From: Chrysemys picta bellii
Taxonomy: Eukaryota
DNA: 64,000 nt
Reading direction: 5' to 3'
Assembly: GCF_011386835.1 (NCBI RefSeq)
Contig: NC_088807.1
Coordinates: 24,304,001 to 24,368,000, forward strand
A program made the translations under genes and the position numbers. Within the stretch, counting starts at the first letter, position 1, and the number at the start of each line of letters is the position of its first letter. Shown here one piece after another: positions 1-12,153 of the stretch. Below the pieces are notes generated by a model. It saw only the letters and a program-made list of their open reading frames with translations. It had not been told where the DNA came from and ran no database searches.

Positions 1-1395
1 CATCAGCGGCAGGAAACCTGACAAATAATCAGTGGAGCCACTGGCCGGTCAATGTGCTAAGGGAGCACTCAAGGATGATAAGGCCGTTGCGGAGAAGCTA
101 AATGAATTTTTTGCATCGGTCTTCACTGCAGAGGGTGTGAGGGAGATTCCCACACCTGAGCCATGCTTGTTAGGGGACAGATCTGAGGAACTGTCCCAGA
201 TTGAGGTGTCCGTAGAGGAGGTTTTGGAAAAAAATGATACACTAAACAGCAATAAGTCACCAGGAGGAGATGGGATTCACCCAAGAGTTCTGAAGGAACT
301 CCAATGTGAAATGGCAGAACGACTAACTGTCGTCTGTAACCTATCGCTTAACTCAGCCTCTGGGCCAGGTGCCTGGCGGATGACTGATGTAACTCTGATT
401 TTTTAAAAAGGCTCCAGAGGTGATCCCGGCAATGACATGGTAGAAACTCTAGTAAAGAACAGAATGATCAGACGCGCAGACGAACCCGATACGGTGGGGA
501 AGAGTCAACGCAGCTTTTGTAAAGGGAAATATAATCCCGACTCCACATTCAAAATGCTGGGGTCTAAATTAGCGGTTGCCACTCAAGAAAGAGATCTGGG
601 AGTCACTGCGGATAGTTCTCTGAAAACAGCCACTCAATGTGCAGCGGCCGTCAAAAAAGATAAATTCTAACAATGTTAGAAACCATACGGAGATGGATAG
701 ATAATAAGACAGAAAAGATCATAATGTCCCCATATAAAGCCACGCTGTGCCCGCTCCTTGAATACTGTGTGCAGTTCTGGTCACCTCATCTCGAAAAAGA
801 TAGATTAGAATTGGAAAAAGTACAGCAAAGGGCAACAAAAATGACGATGGGTACAGAACTGCTTCCACACAAGGAGAGACTAAAAAGCCCGTGACTGTTC
901 AACCTAGAAAAGAGATGCCTAAGGAGGGGCTAAAATCACGACTGGCGTGGAGAAAGGGAGTAGGGAAGTGTTATTGCCGCTTCAGGTAAGACCAGAGCCA
1001 GGGGTTACCCAGTGTAATTAATAAGCAGCAGGTTTAAAATAAACCTAAGGAAGTATTTCTTCACACAGCGCACCGTCAACCTGTGGAACTCCTCGCCAGG
1101 GGATGTTGTGAAGGCCAAAAGTAGAACTGGGTTAAAAAAAAAAGGAACGAGATAAATTCACGGGGGATCGGTCCATCAATGGCTATTAGCAAGAAGGTCA
1201 GGGACGTAACCCCATGCTCTGGGGGTCCCTAAACCTCTGACTGCCAGAAGCTAGGAATGGGGGACAGGGGATAGATCACTTGATGATTTCCTGTTCTGTT
1301 CATTCCCTCTGGGGCGCCTGGCATTGGCCACTGTCGGAAGACAGGATACTGGGCTAGATGGACCATTGGTCTGACTCAGTATGGCCGCTCTTATG
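1..1395 (+). mobile_element. CR1 LINE, decayed ORF2 (RT) fragment with 3' tail
   Basis: ORFs 32-406 (NKSPGGDGIHPRVLKEL), 437-670 and 673-894 (LEYCVQFWSPHLEKDRLELEKVQQRATKM) are CR1 RT pieces with stops and frameshifts. The 3' tail ...gggctagatggaccattggtctgactcagtatggccgctcttatg ends at about 1395. Confidence 0.92.
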
Positions 1396-1549
1396 GTGGG
1401 GGTTAACGGGGAATTCTGGGGGAGGGGGATATCAGGGAATCTTGGTGGGGGGTGTAAAGGGATCCTGGGGCTCCAATGGGGGTAAGCAGGGGATCCCAGC
1501 ATCTCTTTGCCCCAGCTCTGTCCGGTTTATCTCTTGGGGTTCCCTCCAG

Positions 1550-4500
1550 CCAGCCGAGGAGAGTCCCGCGGCCGCTCTCACCCCAGATGGTCAGGAGGCA
1601 GAGAGCGAAGACAGCAAATCCCAGCCCAAGCGGTTACACGTCTCCAACATCCCCTTCCGCTTCCGTGACCCTGACCTGCGGCAGATGTTTGGGGTGAGTC
1701 CCACGTGGGGGGGTAGAGCTCACGGCCTAGGGGGTTGGCAGCTGGTGTGTGTGTGTGAGCCCCATGGTGACGGGGGGGGGGGGGGGGGGGACAAGTTACC
1801 ACCTGTGGCCCAGACGGCCTGGGGGTGGGGTGTTGTGTAGCACACATGGTGTATGTGTGTGTGTGAGAGCCCTGTGGTGATGGAGGACAAGGTACCACCT
1901 GTGGCCCAGATGGCCTGGGGGAGGGGTGTTGTGTAGCACCTATGGTGTGTGTGTGTGTGTGTGTGTGAGCCCCGTGGTGATGGGGGAACAAGCTACCACC
2001 TGTGGCCCAGATGGCCTGGGGGAGGGGTATTGTGTAGCACCCATGGTGTGTTTGTGTGTGTCACACCGAGGGCCCTTCTAGGGACCCGCGATCTGTCGGG
2101 CCCCACTGGGTTGTGGAAGGGTCGGTCACTGATTCCTGTTTTGTCGTCCCCCCCCGCCCTTTTCAAGCAATTCGGGAAGATCCTAGACGTGGAAATCATC
2201 TTCAACGAACGCGGCTCCAAGGTGCGGAGGCGCTGAGCGGGAGGGCCCAGAGGGACACGAACCGGGACGTGGGGCAGGGAGGGATGCTGCGTGTGNNNNN
2301 NNNNNNNNNNNNNNNNNNNNNNNNNNNNNNNNNNNNNNNNNNNNNNNNNNNNNNNNNNNNNNNNNNNNNNNNNNNNNNNNNNNNNNNNNNNNNNNNNNNN
2401 NNNNNNNNNNNNNNNNNNNNNNNNNNNNNNNNNNNNNNNNNNNNNNNNNNNNNNNNNNNNNTGTGNNNNNNNNNNNNNNNNNNNNNNNNNNNNNNNNNNN
2501 NNNNNNNNNNNNNNNNNNNNNNNNNNNNNNNNNNNNNNNNNNNNNNNNNNNNNNNNNNNNNNNNNNNNNNNNNNNNNNNNNNNNNNNNNNNNNNNTGCGT
2601 GAGTGTGTGTGCGTGTGCGTGAGTGTGTATGTGTGTGAACGCCGGGGACTAGAGGAGGAGCCGTGTGGGGTGGGAGCCCCTCGAGCCCGAGGGGGATGAA
2701 AGTGGGGCTCCTGGCAGGGTTTAAAAGCCCCCAGCGGGGCCTGGCCAGGGCAGCTGCATGACCCCTTGTGTCCCCGCCCCACACCCCCGCGTAGCCCCCC
2801 GCTCTCCCCAGCCAGCTGCAGCCTCATCCCGCCCCGGCCTCTCCCCGGCCTGCAGGGTTTTGGCTTCGTGACCTTCGACAGCAGCCAGGATGCGGACCAG
2901 GCGCGAGAGAAGCTGAACAGCACCGTTGTGGAGGGCAGGAAAATTGAGGTCAGTGCCCCATGGCGGGACGGGGGGGGGGGGGTAGCTTGGCTCTCAGCCT
3001 CATGGCGGTGGGGGGTGGGAGGGGGGCCGGCTTTGCCATGACCCCGGACTCGCTCACCTCTCCCTCCCTCCCCCCCGCAGGTGAACAACGCCACGGCCCG
3101 TGTGGTCACCAAGAAGCCTCCGGCAGCGCCTGCGGTGAACGGTACAAGGGGACGGGGGCGGGGTGTGTGGCTCCCCCCCCCCCTTGGCAGGGCCCCCACT
3201 CGGCCATGCTGCAGGCCCCTCCGGCTGCTGGCGCCAGGGGACAGGGACACCCCCGTCCCGTGGCAGCCGGGCAGACAGCTGTCTCTGATGTGCCCTGGGC
3301 CGGGTCTGTGGGGAGAGACTGGTGCCCTGGGCTGAGCTGGGGAGGGAAGGGGGGCTGGGGCCCCCCTGTCCGGTCTGATGCTCCCCCTTCTCTCTCGGCG
3401 GCTAGGTTGGAAGATCAACCCCTTGGTTGGCACTGTCTACGCCCCCGACCTCTACACAGGTGGGACTTTTCCTCCCTCCCTCCTGCCGTTGTGTCTCCCC
3501 AGGCCTGTCCCCCCTGCCCGCATCTCCATCTCCCTCTCCCTTCCGGCCCCACAAGGATCTTCTCCTGTTCCTGCCCCCACCATGTCTCCTGCTTTGCCAT
3601 CACCCGCCTGCCATCACGGGCGGCGGGTGAATCCCCCTTTCAGGGACGCTAGCCCCCCCGGTCTCCCCCTTTAAGCCTGAAGCCCCGCCCCTACATCCCA
3701 CCCACCCCTGGCCAGAGCCCTGAGCCCCCTCCACCCCCCACCACAGCCGGTGGCTGGCCCGAGCACCAGCCCAACCCCTGAGCCCCCGCCAATTTTGGGG
3801 GAGAGGGGAGCAAGGGTAGGGGCTCAGGGCAGAGCGTGGGTGGGGCCCCAACCCTCCCCTGGCCTATTATACCCACTGCCCATGCCCCGTCCCTTTCCCA
3901 TCCCCCATTCTCCCCTTATATCCCCTCGCCCACACTCACACGCTGTGGCGCTGACCGTCTGCTCTGTCCCCAGTGGCCACCATCCCCTACCCGATGGTGG
4001 CCCCGGCGGCGCTGGCCTATCGCGGGGGCCTGCGGGGCCATGGCCGAGCCATCTACAGCCCGATCCGGGCAGCTCCTGCCCCGTCGCCCGTCCCTGCCTA
4101 CGGGAGGTGAGCCCGCGGCGGGCGGGAACCAGTGTGGGGGGGTGGGCGTTGATTCTGGTGGTCGGGAGGGCGGAGGGGACATCGGAATAAAACTCTGGCC
4201 GCTTTTGGAGGGGCACTTTCTGTGCACCCCGCGGCCGAAGGAGCTGGATCTGGGGCAGGGACGTGGATGGGGCGGGGGGGGGGTGTGTGTCAGTGCTGGT
4301 GGGGGGCTTACGGCCGGAGCTGACGCTTCTCCTTTCCCCACAGTGTGGTGTACCCGGACGGGCTGTACGGCACCGATGTCTATGTAAGTCTCTGGCGCTC
4401 TGGTGGCCGTGTTGTGTGTGTGTGTGTGGGGGGGTATATCTGGGCTACACCAGTGCCTGGCACGTCTCCCCCACCCGCTGGGTCCCTGTCTCTCTGGGCT

Positions 4501-6027
4501 GCTGCGGGAGCATCCCGGGCTCCTGAATCCCTGCCCCACACTCCGGGGAGCTGCGGGGGAGGCTTGTGCCAGCGTATGGGGCTGGGGTTTGGGAATCTGC
4601 AGGAGGAGGTGTGGGGGGTCAAAGCGTTTCTCCCCTGCCCTGTGAGCGCTGCCCCACCCCTCCGTCTGTCTCAGCCTCAGAGGGAGGAAACTGGGGGATG
4701 ACAGCCTGAGACCGCCCCCCCCACACCCCGTTAGTGCCCTCGGTGCCTCTTTCCTCCCTTGAGCGCACACGGAGACGTCCGCTCCCTGGGAATGAGCTGG
4801 CGGACCGAGCCCTGGTCCTTCACTGTGGAACAGGAGCGATTAGGGAAGCTGCCCCCCGCACCATGCTTTGCCCTCGGAGGGTATCGTGGGTGCGGGGGTG
4901 CAGGATGCAGGGGCTGTCCGGGGGTTCACGCCCGTTCCTGGCTGTTTCAGGGCTATGCAGCTTACCGTGTGGCACAACCCCCTGGGGCGGCGGCAACGAC
5001 AGCGGCGTACACAGACGGGTAAGTGTCGGGGCGAGGGGAATACCAGCCAAGGGCGCTGTCGAAGTGGGGTGGGGGGGGGGGGCCTGCCCAAGGCCAGAGC
5101 ACCCCCTTCCTGTCCCCGGCGGGCTGCTCCGGCGGTGAGCCGGCTGCCCTCTCTTCTGGCACCACAGCAGCCCCTGCTGGGCTAAAGGTGTAACGGCAGC
5201 GCCTCCCCGGGAGAATCAATTATTCTGCGGGGTTGGGAAATAATCAGCCGGGGACATGAATGCTGCGCGTATGTTTCTTTTGTTAAAAAGTGGGGGGCCC
5301 ATTTTTAAAAGGGGGGGGGGCATGTCCCTGCCAGTTCTGGCACCGGTGCTACCACCTCCTCCTCGCACAGCTGGCTGTGTGTGTGTGTGTGCACCCGCGC
5401 GTGCAAAGTGTTCACTCCCTAACACCGGCCTCTGCTCTGCTCCCCCAGGTACGGCCGGATCTACACCACGGCGGATCCTTACCACCACGCCGTCACTCCA
5501 GCCTATGGCGTTGGGGCCATGGTGAGCAGCAGCCGGCGGGACTCCCCGGCCCGTGTCGGGCCTGTCCCCGAGCCCCGTTCCCCGATTCTCTCCCCGCCTC
5601 ACCCCGTTCCAGCCCCCTCGCCCCCTCCCTGCCTCACGGGTGGCCCTGCTCCTCCCTGGCAGAAGGTCTCCCTCAACACAGCCCCCAGCCGACAGACTGG
5701 TCCTTTCCGGGGACAGGGCTCTGCTCACGAACCGAGGTGGTTGCCTGGGCAGATCCGCTCACGCCCTTAAGCCCAGCCTGGCGGCCTCCCCCACCCTGCC
5801 CAGAAACCCAATCCCATCTGGGAGACACCCCTCCCAGACCCGGCTAGGCAGCCCCCGCCCACACACCCTCTGCCCTGCCGGTGCCCCCTCCCTCTCTCAC
5901 CCCACCCATGCCCGGTCAGTGCCCCCTTCTGCCCCACCCCGCCGAGCAGCTGATGCTAATGGCGCCATCTCTGCCCCGGCAGGCCAGCCTGTACCGCGGA
6001 GGGTACAACCGCTTCACGCCGTACTGA
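1550..6027 (+). CDS. RBFOX1L: RBFOX-family RNA-binding protein (RBFOX1-like paralogue), 5'-partial, 10 coding exons
   Basis: All introns are GT-AG and phase-compatible. Exons: 1550-1693 (..[24 protein letters not shown]), 2168-2221 ([18 protein letters not shown]), 2856-2948 ([31 protein letters not shown]), 3081-3141 ([13 protein letters not shown]..), 3406-3459 ([18 protein letters not shown]), 3974-4106, 4344-4383 ([13 protein letters not shown]), 4951-5018, 5449-5521, 5983-6027 ([14 protein letters not shown]). RBFOX family is certain; the paralogue call rests on remembered similarity to fish rbfox1l ([19 protein letters not shown]). No start exon found in the window. Confidence 0.9.
1760..2063 (+). 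repeat. Intronic tandem repeat, 3 copies of an approximately 100-bp GT-rich unit
   Basis: taccacctgtggcccagatggcctggggg...ttgtgtagcac...atggtgt(gt)n recurs near 1797, 1894 and 1994. Confidence 0.85.
2296..2595. other. Assembly gap (N) within a GT/GC microsatellite
   Basis: N run flanked by gtgtg and tgcgtgagtgtgtgt. Confidence 0.9.
2755..2760 (+). promoter_or_regulatory. UGCAUG RBFOX binding element upstream of the 93-nt RRM exon
   Basis: tgcatg at 2755-2760, 95 nt before the acceptor of exon 2856-2948. Confidence 0.6.
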
Positions 6028-6819
6028 GGAACCGAGGGCCGGCGGCCGTGATGGGAAGGGGCCTGGGCAGTGGGCTCTGAGATCTCGGTGTGGATAGCGA
6101 CGGGCACGTTCCATCGAGTCCCCTGCTCCCAACACAGAGTGTCCCGGATGGGTCGGGACACCCAGTCCTAGCACCCCAGACCCGTTACCCAGAATCCCCT
6201 GGGGGGGACCCCAAGTGGCACCAGCACCGTGTTATCCAGAATCTGCTGGGGGGGGCCCCCGCCTGGTCCCAGCGTCCTGTTACCCAGAATCTCCCCGGGG
6301 AACTCTACCCGGCCCCAGTGTCCTGTTACCCCAGATCCTGCCTGGCTCCAGTCCCCTGGCCATAGAGACAATGGGGTGGTACATGCAGAGAGGGGAGCGC
6401 TGCTGCCCCCCAGGCAGTGGAGATGAGGGTGAATTTGGCCAGTGTTTAATAATCTGATGCCTGCGTCCCACCCGGGGCAGGATGGGGCCGTAAAGGGGTC
6501 ACCGAGTGGGGCTCGGGAAAGGGGGGTTTGGTCTGTCCCAGATGACCGTACCCCATTCAGGACTCTGTTCTGTCTTGCCTCCCCCCATGTTTCACCCCTC
6601 TTAAAAACGACGTCAACCTCATGAACGTGCTCGCACCAGGGCTTAAATTCAGCCGCTGCTGTCCGGAGCGGAGCTCTGGGCAATATTTTCCAACCCCCCT
6701 GGAGTTTTTATAGCATGTTGGGGCGCGGGAGGCATTGGGGGGAGGGAAATACTCCCTGAGAATTTTAGCCCTGGCTTGCCCGCATGAGTAAATGACAGCA
6801 AACGCGTGTCTAATACAGC

Positions 6820-6942
6820 TAGGGTGACCAGATGTCCCGATTTTATAGGGACAGTCCCGATATTTGGGGCTTTTTCTTACCAAGGCTCCTATTACCCCCC
6901 ACCCCCATTCCGATTTTTCACACTTGCTGTCCGGTCACCCTA
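6820..6942 (+). mobile_element. hAT MITE (TAGGGTGACC terminal inverted repeats)
   Basis: TIRs tagggtgacc / ggtcacccta; 8-bp TSD aatacagc (6812-6819) / aatacagt (6943-6950). Confidence 0.9.
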
Positions 6943-8289
6943 AATACAGTGTGAATCCACACGGGACGTTACTGGAGAATCTAGTCTCTCGAGCAGCCAA
7001 ACCAGGCCTTGTCCGTATGAAATTGGAATGATTTGGCTGGGGCTTTTTATGTCACCTGTTGTAAAACTGGACAACTATCTAGATGAGTTGACGTCCGCCC
7101 GGAAGACCTCCGCGTTCCCCGCCCCGGTTGAGAGCCACTGCCACGGGAAAAAGAAAACCCGGGGAAATTCTAAACCTGGGGCTGTTCCCAAGGGTCAGGG
7201 CCCGGGATCGTGGCCAGAGGCCTCAGGCAGCCGCTAAGCAGGGAAGGTGAGACTGAATCTCCCAGCATCTCGCCCTGGGCTCAGGGACCCGACGTTGACT
7301 GAATTCCTTTTCCAACTAGTGCCCGTCTCTCTCGGCTCCCTACCCCGCCTCTCTCCATTTCTCTGTAGCTTTCTCCCCCCTCCTGTGTCCTGCATGCGTC
7401 CTGCGCGCTTTCAGCTCCGCACCGGTGTCTTTTGTGTTTAGCAAACGCTAGGCTGGGGGCCTGTCCCATGTGCTGGCCCGGGCCGGGGTCGCGTTGAAAG
7501 CAGGTTGAGCGGCGAGAGGTTTGAACCGTGGCGGATTTCAGGGTTTCTCCCGGCGCCCGAGCCAGGCCTCGCCCCAGCGCAGTCTCTCAGGGAAAGCACT
7601 CACCTGCCAAAGCCTCTCTCCTGGCCCCGTTTTCTTGTGCGTGATAAAGCTCTGCTCTCGGCTTCGCTCTCCGGCCTTTCGCTTTCACGCTCTGTCGCTC
7701 TCGTGCTGTGTGTCTGTCTCCCTCCCTCCCGCTGCTGGTTCCTGGCAGGGCTGCGGGGCCCCGGGGCTACAGCGAGGCCAACCCCCCAGCAGCTTCGCCC
7801 AGGCCCGGCTTGGTGCCTGCGGGCGGGTGCCGCCCTGTGCCGCCTGGGAGAAGGACCCGGCTTGTGGCAGGATGGGGGGAGGGGGTGAGATGCAGGGTCC
7901 CGCCTCATCCAAGCTGCCCCGGTCGTATGGAGCAGGAAAGCCACAGGGTTGACCGGGACAGACCCCCGTCCCCACTGTAGGGCTCCTGGCTGCGTTGCTC
8001 TGTCAGTGCCCCATCCCGGCTGGGTTTGCCCCCAGCCCCATGGCCCTCCGGCGCCTGCCACAGTGAGGTTCCCTCTGTGGGCCCGGAGGCTCAGACCCTG
8101 GGAAGTGAGAGCATGGCTGGCTCTACACCGTCCTGCCCTGTGGGGTCATTGAGAACAGTCATCCCCCCCTTCCCGCCCCCCGCATGTAGGGTGTGGCCTT
8201 TCTCATCCTCGCCCTCCAGCGTGTGTGTGTGAGAGACAGACAGACCCTCCGTCAAAGGCAAGGGAGGGGGGCGATGCAGGAACCCCTCT

Positions 8290-9280
8290 GTCTGCTCCGA
8301 CGTGGTTCGGGGTCTTTCTCCCCTTCGCTCGCCCAGCGGCTTGCGCTAGCTCGCTCTCTCTTTAGCTCCGGCCCGTTCGCCGCCCCCCCCCGCTCGCTTG
8401 TTTCTTTCGCTCGCCCAGCTGCAGGCGCTCGCTCGCTGAGCCCTGCTCTCTCCTGGCTTCTCGTCCCAGCACTGGCCACACAACCTCGCCCCCTGGCACG
8501 CCCCTCTGCTCCAGTCCCTCTCCCGCGCCGGCTCGCTTGCTCCGACACGACGTTTCTTTGCTCGCGCCTTTGCTCGTCCAGCCTGTCTCTTGCTCGCTTG
8601 GCTCCGCCCCCTCCCCCCCCGCCTTTGCTCCCCATGCCGGTCTGTCTGGTTTCTGGCCCCACCGGCGCTTACATCGGCCTGTCATGTCGCTCGGGGTGAT
8701 GTAGCCCGGCCTTGGTCTCGCTTCCTCTCCCCTGCACTTGCTGGGATGCTTAGATGCTCTCTCCTGCCACATTCCCGCTCTCTCCCCTGCTCCGCCTTTT
8801 ACTTCCCCCTGGCCTCACACCTTTCGCTCACGCCTTTGCCAGCCTGGCTTCTCGCTCTCTGTTTGCTTGCCCGGCTGCACGGCGCTTGTTCTCTCTTGCC
8901 TGCTTGTCAATCGCTTGCTGGCTCCTTTGCTCACGTGCTCGCTTGCTCTCTGCTGCTTGCTGGTGTCTCTTCCCTCGCTCGCTGCTCGCGTGTTCTCGCC
9001 TCTGCTTGCTCTTGACTTGACTTGCCATCAGCTGTCTCTCGCTCGCTCTCTGCTCCGGTTTGCTCCCCCCGCTGCTCTGTCTTGCTCTCTTTCTCTGCTG
9101 TTGCACCCTCTCTTGCTTGCCCCTTTGCTCACCCACCTGCTGCATGCTCGCTCGCTCTGTTTCTCCGCTCGTTCGCTTTCTCTTCGCTCGTTCTTGCTCG
9201 GCCCGTTTGCTCATCCTGCCTCTCTCGCCTTGTCGTGCTCGCTTTCTCTCTCTCTGTCTCTCCCCTGGCCGCACGCTCGC
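8290..9280 (+). repeat. CpG-rich pyrimidine low-complexity tract (ctcgct / tgct / tctc motifs)
   Basis: Dense degenerate gctc/cgct/tgct reiteration with a strong C/T skew on the + strand. Confidence 0.8.
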
Positions 9281-9378
9281 CGCCAGAACCTGAAGGCGGG
9301 GCAGAGAATCTCCCCCCCACACACACTTTTAGAAGTGGGAGGGTTGCCCCCCCTGGCTTTTTCACAAAAGAAACAGAA

Positions 9379-9618
9379 GCACAGAATTCATGTCCCCCAC
9401 AGATTTTCTTTTCCCCCCGCCCCGTAGAATAATAGATTCTGCTGGGGAGGCGCTGCAATGACACCTTTTGCCCACCAGGGGCTGCTGTGGTGCCAGAAGC
9501 GAGGGGCAGCTGGCTCACCGCTGGAGCAGCCAGCCGTGGCGAGAGTGGCGGCACTTTGGATTTTGATTATTCTACAGGGTGGGGAAAAGAAAATCTGCGG
9601 GGGACATGAATTCTGCGC
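9379..9618. mobile_element. MITE-like element with approximately 55-bp inverted arms
   Basis: 9379-9433 is the near-exact reverse complement of 9566-9618. A partial copy lies at about 5196-5277 in an RBFOX intron. Confidence 0.7.
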
Positions 9619-9803
9619 GTGTTTCTTTTTTCTCTCCTCGCCATGCCCTCTGTCTTTCGCTTGCTTGCGCCTCTTTGCACACTGTCTTGCTTTCTTGGGT
9701 CAGGGCCCATTTTCAGGAGCCGCTCGAAGCTGACGGCGGGAGAGGGCTCTTAATGAATCCACCCCCAACAAGCAACCGTAGCTGTGTCAGTGGGAGAAGC
9801 TCG

Positions 9804-9926
9804 GGGAGGTCCACACCGGCGCTTAGGTTGGTGTCACTGATGTCGCCCGAGGTGTGTGCGTGTGGTTTTTCCGCACCCCTGAGCGACTTAAGTTACACCC
9901 ACCTAAGCTGTAGGGTAGACATAGCC
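9804..9926. mobile_element. Probable Harbinger-type MITE
   Basis: Ends ...gtagacatagcc; left end is a degenerate gggaggtccacac. Confidence 0.45.
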
Positions 9927-10610
9927 TCACTGGGTCCCCCAACTGGCCGGTCAGGGGCGTTCTGGGTAAGGGCTGCGATTTGGAGCAGTATTTGGGGTGA
10001 GGGGGGCTGGTCTGGGGGTGTCGTATTACTATTTAGGGCCTGGGGCTGCTTATTTCATCTCCTCCCCTCTTCCCTGATTTTTTACAATCATCAGCTTGTT
10101 CTAGGAGCGTCTCTGCATCTCATCTGCCTGCTCGGCGGCTCATTTTCTCTCTCCCTCGCTGTCCCTGAGACATCGCCCTGCTCCATGACTGTTTTCTTGT
10201 CAACCCTGGCTCTGTTGTATGTGTGTGGGGGGCGGGAGTTTTGCAAGCCTGTTCCCTCCTGGGGTAGTTGCATCAGGACCCCTGGGCTGTCAGCTGCTGC
10301 CAATGACGAAAACGATGCCTTTCGGACAATGCTTTGTTTCCCCCCCTCTGTCTTTGCAACCATGTCCCCCGCCCCACAAACCAGCTGCCTGGAGGCACTT
10401 GTGGAAAATGACCCTTTGCTGGGGGCCTTGAACATTTGCTAGAAATCAGCAGTGTGCCCGATGGAAAGGCACAGTGATGTGTGGGTGCTCTGTTGAAATG
10501 CTCCTTGATGTCCCGTGAAATGATTTACTCCCAAGGAGGGAACCTGTTTTTGGCTCCCAATTTCTCCTCCTGCCGCACTTGGTTTTTCACCCCTCCTGCC
10601 CCCCCCCCCC

Positions 10611-10616
10611 AATAAA
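10611..10616 (+). terminator. Candidate polyadenylation signal
   Basis: aataaa followed by the U/GU-rich gttttttgtttc. It is the first canonical AATAAA I found downstream of the RBFOX stop. Confidence 0.55.
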
Positions 10617-11814
10617 GTTTTTTGTTTCACTGGGAAGTCGTGGGTCCTGTTTTCAATCTGGGCAGGGCCAGGCCAGCTTCACGGTCTAAGGGGGTTTGAC
10701 TTGTGAACACGCTAACAACCCTATGGGTCAACGGGCACTTTTGATGCTCTCATGTATCAGCCATTGGCACCCGCCTCCCATCCCGTCCCCCCCACCAACC
10801 CAGGACTCACCTATGCAGGATTTAGGAGGTCTGGGCTCCTGGCCCCCTGCCCCTGGCTTCTACTGAACATTTGGGTGCCCAGTTTTAGGGGCGGGAGAAT
10901 AGCGCTTGTTCTGTGCAAACCTCACCCTGGGGAGCCTGTACTGCCTGGAAAAAGAACAGGAGAACTTGTGGCACCTTAGAGCTCAGGAGGGGGCCAAGGC
11001 CTTCCTGCTCTTCCAGGTGTCTCAGACTCCCCTCCAGTGCACCAGACCATTCAGCTGCCTTCCTGGGCCCCCAGGAACGTAACCAGAGGCAGAGTTTGAA
11101 TTTCCTGGGCCAGGCAAGAACGGACCCGCAAGGCCGCCACTCTGCTTCAGCGGCCCACGGAGCTCGCCCGAAGCTAGGGACAGCGGCACCGCAGGATTAG
11201 TGGCTGGCCCGGGTCCCGGAAGACAATATGACAACAGGGAGGCGTATCCCAATCAGCACAACGTGGATGTCTGGGGAGTAGATGCCCGTCCAATCCCCCT
11301 TTGCTGTAGGACCAAATGAGCTGCTACAGACCTTTAGCACCTGCTGAGTGGAAACAATTGTTCCCCATTGCAATGGTATGGGGGGGAGGGGAGAGAGGGG
11401 CTAATGGTGCTTAATGTGCACCGCCTGGCCTTACCCCATCTGTTATACAAGTAACACCACCCGCCATTGCAAAATCCTCCTGTTACACACACACAGGACT
11501 AATGTTTTGCAGGACCAGAGTGAATAGAATTGCCGATATTGAACAGCAGGCTCAGAAAGACATCCAGGAAGCAGCAGCCCTGAAGCATCAAGTGTGTTGC
11601 TGCACTTCAGAAACCTACAAACCCAGGAGCCCCTCCTTTGAGCAGCCGGCCCGGCCCTTAACTTAAACCACCAGCCCTGTGCCCTCACTAACCCCAGAAC
11701 TGTTTGACCCTTCGCCTTCCCAGTCTCAGCAAACTCAGCTCTCTCCGTGCACACGTGGGTGGCCCTTAAAAGGACCTTAGGGAAATGAATGTTTTAGGGG
11801 GATTAAAAGCCGAC

Positions 11815-12153
<339 letters not shown>

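Noticed and set aside
1358-1549. Upstream part of ORF 1358-1840 as the RBFOX N-terminus
   Set aside because: It starts inside the CR1 tail, and a good acceptor (ccctccag) lies at 1549; true 5' exons are probably outside the window.
8252-9322. R/E/K/Q-rich minus-strand ORFs (8252-8662, 8362-8772, 8828-9322) and L/A/C/S-rich plus-strand ORFs
   Set aside because: Open in several frames on both strands with no recognisable domain, as expected from a low-complexity tract with few stop codons.
10290-10520. C/D-box-like words (ATGACGA, GTGATGT) suggesting a snoRNA
   Set aside because: No suitably placed CTGA D box or terminal stem.
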